A DNA stretch of 64,000 bases from positions 82,467,741 to 82,531,740 of the forward strand of contig CM041465.1 in NCBI GenBank assembly GCA_023213395.1. The letters run 5' to 3'. Positions 55,085 through 64,000 of this stretch are shown piece after piece (the first letter of the stretch is position 1; the number at the start of each line of letters is the position of its first letter). The stretch is from Cycas panzhihuaensis. Its lineage: Eukaryota > Plantae > Cycadophyta. The position numbers and the translations under genes were made by a program. A model generated the notes under the pieces. That model worked only from the letters and a program-made list of their open reading frames with translations. It ran no database searches and had not been told where the DNA came from.

Positions 55085-55230
55085 GGTTGCACTTGTGGTT
55101 GCTTCAGGTTGCACCAAGTTGCACTTGCAGACTGCTTGGTTGCACTTGCAGTCCACTTGGTTGCACTTGTAGTCTACTTGGTTGCACTTGTAGACCACTT
55201 GGTTGCAGTTGTAGTTCACTTGGTTGCACC
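55085..55230. repeat. 21-bp tandem repeat in the CRM-like 5' LTR (~8 cores)
   Basis: Same unit, CCACTTGGTTGCACTTGTAGA-like, with extra/partial copies. Confidence 0.9.
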
Positions 55231-55366
55231 TACTTTGTATTTTTTAAGCATATAAATGGCATTTTTCTACTAAATGAAGGTTACAAACATGAAAAATAAA
55301 TATTAACAAGCCATTTTATACTCATTTTAAAGAGTATTATGAAATTAAAGATCCAAAAACAGATCA

Positions 55367-56635
55367 TCTAGCCAAGAGAGCAACAGTACGTAAAAACATC
55401 TTACACCATAAAACAAAGTATCTGAGATGTAACAAAGGGTGAAGCCAACCAACTAGATTGCAATCAAATGATTCAGTTTCCAACTATCCATAATCTTGCA
55501 CAAGAAAGTGCCCCTGAGCTAGAGCAGGTGATATGAATGTAGGAATACTGGTTTTCCACTCTTCGCAACCTTTCCCAAGTTGCCTTGTCAATAGATGCCT
55601 CAAGACCTTTTTATATAAAGCTTTGTAATATAAGAGGTTGCCTCAAGCTACTACTGCTGCATCTAAGTATACCTTTCCTTAAAGCATCATCAACCTCATA
55701 TAATAACAATTATTTCTTCTCAAGCCATTCTTTTTCTTCCAATTAGACCAGCAATGTCAAGTCACTTGGGGATCCCTACAAATCTACTCTCAAAGGATTG
55801 CCTTATTATGCCACACACCCATCATAAACTTATAGAGTGCAACTGAGTTCAAGGGGAGCAACCACTTAAGATCCTTGCCTTTAAACAATTTGTAGGTGGA
55901 GCAACCAACTTAACACCATATATATAAAGAGCTTAGGGAGAGCAACCAACTCAGAATCCCTTCTTAACCTAAACATCAAGGAGGAGCAACCATAAATATT
56001 AACAAGCCATTTTATCTAGCCAAGAGAGCAACAGTACGTAAAAACATCTTACACCATAACACAAGGTATCTGAGCTGTAACAAAGTGTGAAGCCAACCCA
56101 CGAGATTGCGACCAAATGATGCAGTTTCCACCTATCCATAATCTTGCACAAGAAAGTGCCCCAGCTAGAAGAGCATGATATGAATGTAGGAATACTGGTT
56201 TTCCACTCTTCGCAACCTTTCCCAAGTTGCCTTGTCAATAGATGCCTCAAGACCTTTTTATATAAAGCTTTGTAATATAAGAGGTTGCCTCAAGCTCTAA
56301 GTATACCTCCTTAAAGCATCCCTAAAGCATCATCAACCTCATATAATAACAATTATTTCTTCTCAAGCCATTCTTTTTCTTCCAATTAGACCAGCAATGT
56401 CAAGTCACTTGGGGATCCCTACAAATCTACTCTCAAAGGATTGCCTTATTATGCCACACACCCATCATAAACTTATAGAGTGCAACTGAGTTCAAGGGGA
56501 GCAACCACTTAAGATCCTTGCCTTTAAACAATTTGTAGGTGGAGCAACCAACTTAACACCATATATATAAAGAGCTTAGGGAGAGCAACCAACTCAGAAT
56601 CCCTTCTTAACCTAAACATCAAGGAGGAGCAACCA
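55367..56635. repeat. ~625-bp tandem duplication (55367-55992 / 56015-56635) with a 22-bp LTR-derived spacer
   Basis: Both copies begin TCTAGCCAAGAGAGC and end GAGGAGCAACCA; spacer 55993-56014 equals 55297-55318. Confidence 0.92.
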
Positions 56636-59600
56636 CTCAATTGCCTTAACATCAAGATACCAGCAAGTAGGAGCAACCACTCAACTACCTTACAAAATAC
56701 CATCCAATAACAAGGTGTAGGGGAGCAACTAATTCAATACTCTACCACATAAGAAAGTATTACACCCAATAATAGTAGTCCAAGGAGATTAGTATTGTAG
56801 CTTACCCATAAAGCTCTGGAATACACCAAGCATGCCCTTTCGTAGGATTGAATTAGCTCATCAACCATATGCAATTTGGTGTACAAACTGAAATAAGCTT
56901 CTACTCTAAAATCTTGTCCGTTCGATGTCAATATCCCTTGCTCAAACATTCTATGAAAGATCCTTTGTTTCACTTTGCTTTCCCTCTGTAACTCTTTCTT
57001 TGCTTCCTTGATAATTTCTTCTCTATCTCCCCCTATTTCTCTACCTCCCACCATTCTCCTTTTTCCTCCCATTCAATTCTCTACCCAACTATCATTAATG
57101 TTGGGTGGAAGTCGTGGGACTTAGTGGCTAGAATATTGCACATAGTGGTTGCCAAGAATGGCTTCCAGTCCTAACTGTTAATTGCCCACTACTTTTTTGC
57201 CCTAGAATATTGTAATGTAGAGATCCCTTTAATTGTGCCCAATTGTTTAGGTGCTAAGATGCTTTTATTATGAATCCAAACAACATAGATCTGGAAAAAT
57301 TCTATCAACTAATGAGAAAATTATAAATGAAACTATGAAAATCTATCAACTGCTCTTCACCTTGTTACCTCACATACTTCACATTTTAGGGTAATGGGCA
57401 CACTTTGTAGGTGTGAACAATTAGATTAAATTACATGGGGATGAACACCTTTTAATAAGGATTCCAATGTGATTGGAATCATTCAATTTCGACTTCAGAC
57501 AAGTGAGATATCATCAAATAGTAGAAGGTTGTCCAAGAGTGATTTTTACTGATTTGAATAAGTTTAATTATAAAATTTTAAAATATCATCTCAAATATTT
57601 ATTAGGCACAAAATCCTTTGGCATACATGGATACCCCTTTCAAAGATCTTTGAATTGATAGGTGGAGCACAAAAAATGACCAAATATTTAGAAAGTTATG
57701 GTATTTTTTGTGCAGTGCAGATTTTGAAGATTTTCTCCTCGTATTTTCACTTTTTTGCGAGCTCTTTTCCTGTACAGTTTCATCTTACAAACTCTTCTTT
57801 CGTGTGAGCTCTTCCTTGTAGGACTCTTCTTTGAGAGACCCTTCCATGAGAGACTTTTTTATGTCGAATTTTTTGTTGTAGGAAGTCTTCCTCATAGACT
57901 TCTTTGATATGGACTTCTCCTACATAGGCCTTTCCCACACAAACTCTTTCCACACTTGCGACAAAACTATGAGATTTTCACAAAATTCTAGTTAAGAAGT
58001 CCAACTTCAGATGGCTATAAATTTTCATCTAATATTCAATTTGGAGTTCTACCTCTCATTGGAAAGTTTCCAACATGCTCTTCATTATGGAACAGTTATA
58101 CAAGGCAAAAAGATAACTTAAAATAAAATTTTACCCCTTCAAACTTACCAACTTTGTTCCATTCCTACAAATAGTGGAGTTTAAACCCTATAACTTTGAA
58201 CTACCATAACTTTCTTGTATGATATCTATTTTGGGACTTCTATTACTCGCCAGAAAGCTCTTGACACCCTCCTTGATGCAGACTAAAACTAAAAGTTCAA
58301 TTCTAAAGTATAAAATAGATAATTGTTGTAGAACATGGCCTTCAAATTTGAATTTACCCTCTGGTAATTTGTTCGCTAGTCATTCCTGCAACTTCAAACT
58401 TGCATATCTTTTTCATCTAATGTCTATTTCTAGTGATCCACTGGCCATTGGAAGTCTGGAAGCCTCTTCTTTTATTTGATGGAGTCATCCTTTACAAATT
58501 ATATCCGTTAGCTAAAGTCTAATGTCTCAAAGGTGTTTATAAAACTTAGTACTTGTCTTTTACCCTTATAACTAGTCCTACCCCTCTATTCTTCCTCCAT
58601 TCATATCATTTGCTCCCTTTTGTTCTTCGGAAGCAATCTAGTTGGCTTTTGTATTAATGCAAGCCACAATAAAATGAATATATTACATCAAAGCAAAGTG
58701 TTAGCATGAAGTACCATCACCCTGCAACATGACCAACATGCGTAAACTACCCACCTAAAAGTCATAAGATGGCGCATCCTAATACCTGGTGGAGTATAAA
58801 ATAAACTTCCACCTCACAAGAATGAACAAGTAAATAAATTGGTCACCCTCATACCTGGTGGACCATTGAATGGATTTCACCTTACATAACATGAAAAGTA
58901 ACAAAATGAAATATAAGGAACTATATAGATACAAGCTATGGAGAAAAGTAAAGAAGATGAAGAAGATGAGGGAGACGAAGAGGAAAGGGCAAGTGTAAAC
59001 TGCTAATAATCTGCTATAAGAAAGTAGAAGCATATACCAAATGATGATTACCTCAGGGTTAGGTCCTTATGTCCCCCTCCCCTTAAAGAAAGTATCGTTC
59101 CAATGCGATTTACCTTGCTATAAATAGTTCTTGGTATTGCTACATCATCTCTTCCTCTAACTCCCAAGTGGACTCTTCTGGTCGCATATGTTTCCATTAG
59201 ACTTTCACCTGCCAGATGATCCTATTTCTTAATACCTTCTCCTCCTTGTCTAGAATTCTGAGTGGCTTTTCTTTGAACTCCAAGCTCGGTCCTGCTACCA
59301 AGTTAGTTTAGTCCAATATATTCTTTGAATTTAGCACATACTTTTTAAGCAATGAGATATGAATCACATTATGTACTTGGATGTTTAGTGGGAGTGCAAG
59401 TGTATAAGCAATAGAACCTACCCTTTCTAATATCTCAAAAGGGCCACAATATCTTGGAACAAGCTTTTTGCAGGCTCCAAAACTTATGGAATTGTGTTTG
59501 GGCCTCACCCTTAAGAATATATGATCACCAACTTGGAACTCCTTGGCTGTTCACTTTAGGTTTCCATAGCTTTTTTGTTTATCTTTTGCTACCTTCATTG

Positions 59601-62333
59601 TTGCCTGCCTGATGTTAATCACTTGCCTTTCCATTTCTTGCAACATGTCTAGACCTAATGTATGCCTATATTCGAAGTTGTTCCAACTTAGAGGTGTATT
59701 ACACCTCCTGCCATAAAAAGCCTCAAATGGGCTTACTCCCAAAGATGAGTGGACATAGTTGTTATATGCAAATTTTGCTAGATGCAAGTAGTTCTCCCAA
59801 CTTGTAGGCCACTCCATAGTATACATCCTAAGTAGATCCTCCAACACTTGATTCACTTTCTCGGTATGCTCATCTATCTCAATATGGTATCCTATACTAA
59901 ATTTGCAACTTGGTGCCCAACTCTTGGAACAATGATCTCCAAAATTTTGAGGTGAATTTACTATCCTTGTCAAAAACTATGACCTTTGGCACTCCATGCA
60001 ATCTAACAATCTCCATTATGAAGATTGCAACAATGTTTGATACTATGTTAGTTGAGCATACTAGTATGAAATGCGTAGACTTGGTTAGCTTATCTACAAC
60101 AACTAAATTTGCATCATGTTATTTAGTGCCTTTTGGTAAGCCAGTAACAGAATCCATTGGTATTGTTACCCACTTCCATTCAGGGATTTCGAGCGAGTAC
60201 ACGTTGTCCAACTGAGTATTGATGTTTTTCTATTACCTTCTAGCACGTCAAACATTTTGCTATATAGGTCAAGACATCCTTCTTCATGCTAGGCCAATTG
60301 AATTACCTTTTTACAACAGCATATGTCTTGTTGTAACCCAGATATCCAGCATAAGGTGCTTCGTGTGCTTTGCGCAAAATAAGTTATTTGATTTTAGGAC
60401 TGTGTGGCGCATAAATTCTTTGTTGGTATGCTAAGGTACCATTCTTCATTTCTTCAAACCCTATAAACTTCCTTAGCAACTTAGCATTTACATTTCTTCA
60501 TTCTCTTTGCTACTGCAATATATCCTTGGCTTGTCTATATAATGCATCCCCTTCATAAGCTCTTAAAATAGAATTAATTGGATATGATTTCAACATACTT
60601 ACAATAGCAATATGGTGCATTCAACTGAGAGCATTGATGGCCTTGTTCTCTTTGCCTTTGACATAGTGCAATTCAAAATCAAATTCGCTTATATATTCTA
60701 CTCATCTATGTTGTCTAGCATTTAACTATGACTACATGGAGATATGTTGAAGACTTTTATGGTCTATTTGAAGTTCAAATTTTTGTCTCGACAAGTAGTG
60801 TTGCCAAACCTTGAGTGCATGAATGATGACTGCAAGTTCAAGATTATGCATGGGATAGTTCTCTTTATATGCTTTCAGCTTTCTGGACTCCTAAACCAAC
60901 ACTTTTCTGCCTTGCATAAGAATAACACCAAACCCCTCCAAGCTAGTATCCATACAAACTAAAAGGTCCATGTATAGATTTGGCATAATTAATATGGGTG
61001 TTGAGGTTAAGCAGCTTTTTAAACAATTGAAACCTCTCTTCATATAACTTGGTCCATACAAACTTATAATTTTTCTTTTGTAGAGAAGTAATTAGGGCTA
61101 CAATCTTAGAAAAATCTCTTAACATACTTTTTGTAGTATCCAACAAGGATCATAAAGCTTCATACCTTTTCTATATTGTGAGGGGATAACCAATCCATGA
61201 TTGCCTTTATTTTTTGGGGGTCTACAAAAATGTTGTCAGTTGAGATGACATGCCCCAAGTAATGTACCTACTCATAAAATTTACATTTGCTAAATTTCAC
61301 ATACATCTTGTGCTTTCTGAGTAATTACAACACTATTCGTAAGTGCTCTTTATGTTCCTCTCTTGTCTTAGAGTAGACTAATACATTGTCAATAAAAACC
61401 ACTACAAATTGGCCTAGGTACTATCAAGATACATTATTCATCTTGCACATAAAAGTGACAGGTGCATTAGTTAGGCTAAAAGGCATTACAACAAATTCAT
61501 AGTGGCTATATCTTGTTCTAAATGTTGTCTTAAAGATGTTTTCATCCTTAATTCTAATTTGGTAGTATCCAAATTTTAGATCAATCTTTGTGAACACAAT
61601 TGTACCTCTTATCTAAGCAAACAAGTCCTCTATCCTCAGCAATCGGTACTTATTCTTGACAATAGTTTAGTTTAGCTATCTGTAATCAATACATAACCTG
61701 AGAGATCCATCATTTTCCTTCACAAATAGCACTAAAGCTCCCCATGGCTAGGTACTTATCCTGATAAATCCTTTGTCTAGCATTTCTTGCAGTTTCATCT
61801 TCAATTCAGCTAACTCAGTTGTGGCTAATCTATATGGAGCTTTGCAAACTGGCCCTGATCTAGGTACAAGTTCTATAGCATAGTCTACATCCCTCTTTAG
61901 AGGTAGCCCATGCAGTTCATCTGGGAAAACATCCTTAAACTCCTGCACAATGGGAAGATCCTCAAGAGTTAATCCTTTATGGGCTTTCTCTTTGGTCACA
62001 TGGGCTTGATATGCCTTACATCCTTTCCTCACCCACTTCTTTATTTGTGTAGCAGAAATTTGTTATACACACGTTCTGATCTTCTACCCTTGTACTACTA
62101 TTGCTTTCCCTTGATCATCCAAGCATTCAATTAGCTTCTCGTAACAATTAACTTTAGCATGATGTGCTTCTAGCCATTCTATGCCAATAATGGCATCATA
62201 CTCTCCTAATGGAAGAATTTGGAAGGTGACTTTTGTGGGCCAAGTTTGCCACCCAAGAGGACATGAAGATAAAAATTTTGTTACCTTTCTTTTATTACCA
62301 TTAGTCACTCGAGCAATTTATTTATTCATATGA

Positions 62334-64000
62334 TGTAGTGGGTCGCAGGTCCACTATCCAAAATAAGGTAGGTTTTGATAAATATTTCTTGAAGAAATAT
62401 ACTTTATTATATTGAATTGAAAAATTGTGATATGTTTACATGGTTCCAAGGCATATAAATATTGATGACGTACTCCCTCAATAAGTCACAACCCTAATCT
62501 ACATCTCTTTAAATAATTAGGTTATTATTATTTATAATTAGTTGTAAGGTTTGCAACAAGTCCCTCCTCTTTTGAAATGCTTTGCCCTCAAAGCATGGGA
62601 AAACTTTAGGAAGTTCCTCTATTAAGGTACCGAACACTTTCTTAGTCAATTATCATTTTGATTATTGTTAAATTGCTTTTCTATCGGTGGAATGTACATG
62701 GCGTATAATTGAGTAATGCAACCTACTCTTCCTCGACTCATCTTTGACATAGGGTTATTTTTAGATTTGGACAAAGAGATCCCAAAGAACTGGTGGAGAA
62801 TTCCATTCCATCAAAAACAAATGAAATTCTGCTCATGGTTCAACACATATATTCCCAGCTTCTCAAGCCATTCAAGTCCAAGCACGACATCTACATCTCC
62901 CATGGAGAGGGCATAATAATTAGTATGGAAGGTGAGGGTATTGATTTGAAGTTGTTGGCTAGCAAGTTCACCATCACAGTATATCTATTTGTCACCTAAT
63001 ACGGCTACTCGAAAGGTCTTGGATCTATCAACAAAAATTTCCAAATGGTTTGCAACCCTGTTGTTTATAAAATTGTGAGTGCTTCTTGGGTTGATAAGAA
63101 TGGCTACCTTTTCCTTATGTAGGAGTGCCTATAGTTTGATGGTGTTGGATTGTGGGGTGCCTGATATAGTTGCTAAGGAGATAGAAGGTCAGCGATCATC
63201 AAGAGGTAATATCCCCACTAGAGGTGGTTGATCATCAATGATATCAATTTCATTGTTATCAGCTTCTACTACATAAAGTTTACTTCGTCACAAACACACT
63301 TTAAGTCGTCTTGTAAACCACTTTTTGCCAATACTGATAGTTTCGATTTTGAATTGCCCTTTCAAGTTTTAAAGTGTGGCCTATAAGTAAATATTGATTT
63401 ATAGAACGAGATCGTTGCCTAGGAGGAATGTATCAAGAGGTTTGTGCTTACTTCTTAAACTTAACTTGTCTTGAAAGTCTGATAGCTTTATCTAGTATAG
63501 TAGGCTAAAATATTTTGACTTTAGTGCCAATGTTAGGTCACAAGTTAGCTTGACAGAATTGCACCATTTTTTCATCTGAAACAATTATCTTGAGTTGGAA
63601 TCTCTCAAAATGTTTAGTGAATTCCTTGACTGATGAATTGTGTTGAAAACAATGTGACAACTAGACTATATATGGAGTAGCACTTGGTCCTTCACTCATT
63701 GGCGTATGGCATCGACAAAGTCGTCCCGAATAATGTAACCACGATTTGAATACCATTTTTGTACCCATGTGAAGATAGGTCCTTCTAAATGGTCAATAGC
63801 AAATCTAGTTTTTTTGCTAGGGACATTAATTTTAAGATCACAAAATGCTACTACGAGTTTGGAGAAATCCATTCATCATGATCAATTGTACCTTTGATAC
63901 TAAAATTAGGAATAATAAGGTGCCTTTTGTATTGAACAATAGTTTGGTTGTTGTTGTCGCCTTGGTTATCATGAGATTTAGGAGTTTTAGGATTAGGATC
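62334..64000 (-). mobile_element. Gag-protease-only Ty3/gypsy derivative inserted in the Tekay-like protease; runs off the window
   Basis: LTR 62334-62558 (TGTAGTG..GCAACA); PPT motif 62559-62595; PR ISLATISGTPQSNTIKL..VAILINPRSTHNFI (~63060-63185); gag KKTRFAIDHLEGPIFTW (~63770-63820). Only ~150 bp separate the PR end from the PPT. Confidence 0.75.

Larger units (their letters stand above)
48561..55366 (-). mobile_element. Full-length CRM-like Ty3/gypsy element, 6806 bp, with TSD
   Basis: LTRs 48561-49616 and 54308-55366 with TGATC..GATCA ends; TSD TCTAG 48556-48560 and 55367-55371; PBS TGGTATCGGAGC on minus at 54289-54300. Gag (53838-54119), CX2CX4HX4C knuckle, CRM-type PR region [12 protein letters not shown] ([10 protein letters not shown]), RH (ETDASGYAMGAVL) and INT; a few frameshifts/stops. 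Confidence 0.93.
48186..62333 (-). mobile_element. Tekay/Del-like chromovirus: pol 59090-62333 plus a probable long 3' LTR (~48186/48476-59071) split by the CRM-like insertion
   Basis: Chromodomain VKV*WKHMRPEESTWELEEEM, INT, RH, RT and IVQEFKDVFPDELHGLPLKRDVDYAIELVP..APYRLATTELAELK; PPT (CCCCCTCCCC on +) ~59073-59082. The pol call is solid; the LTR extent is inferred and has no partner in the window. Confidence 0.7.

Overview
AT-rich eukaryotic (land-plant) nuclear DNA; the element families and very long TE-filled intron suggest a large-genome gymnosperm-like plant (inference). The only host gene I can support is the 5' part of an APC-superfamily amino-acid/GABA permease (BAT1 family): coding exons 25092-25240 and 25404-25664 on +, preceded by a CpG-retaining promoter/leader with a perfect 3x57-bp repeat. 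No further exon is recognisable in the remaining ~38 kb, which is a stack of nested LTR retrotransposons (Reina-, CRM- and Tekay-like chromoviruses, non-chromovirus Ty3/gypsy, Ty1/copia). Upstream are an L1-type LINE 3' end, several decayed copia fragments, a complete 4.2-kb non-coding LTR element with TSD, a ~3.5-kb (TA)n array and a gag-protease-only element. The most unusual signals are two extra capsid-like domains between protease and RT in one gypsy element, an accessory ORF 3' of another gypsy pol, two gag-PR-only elements with a shared 3' end, and a possible relic of the next BAT1 exon inside intron 2. All calls are by-eye translation and alignment; nothing was checked against a database, and I cannot confirm that any of it is undescribed.
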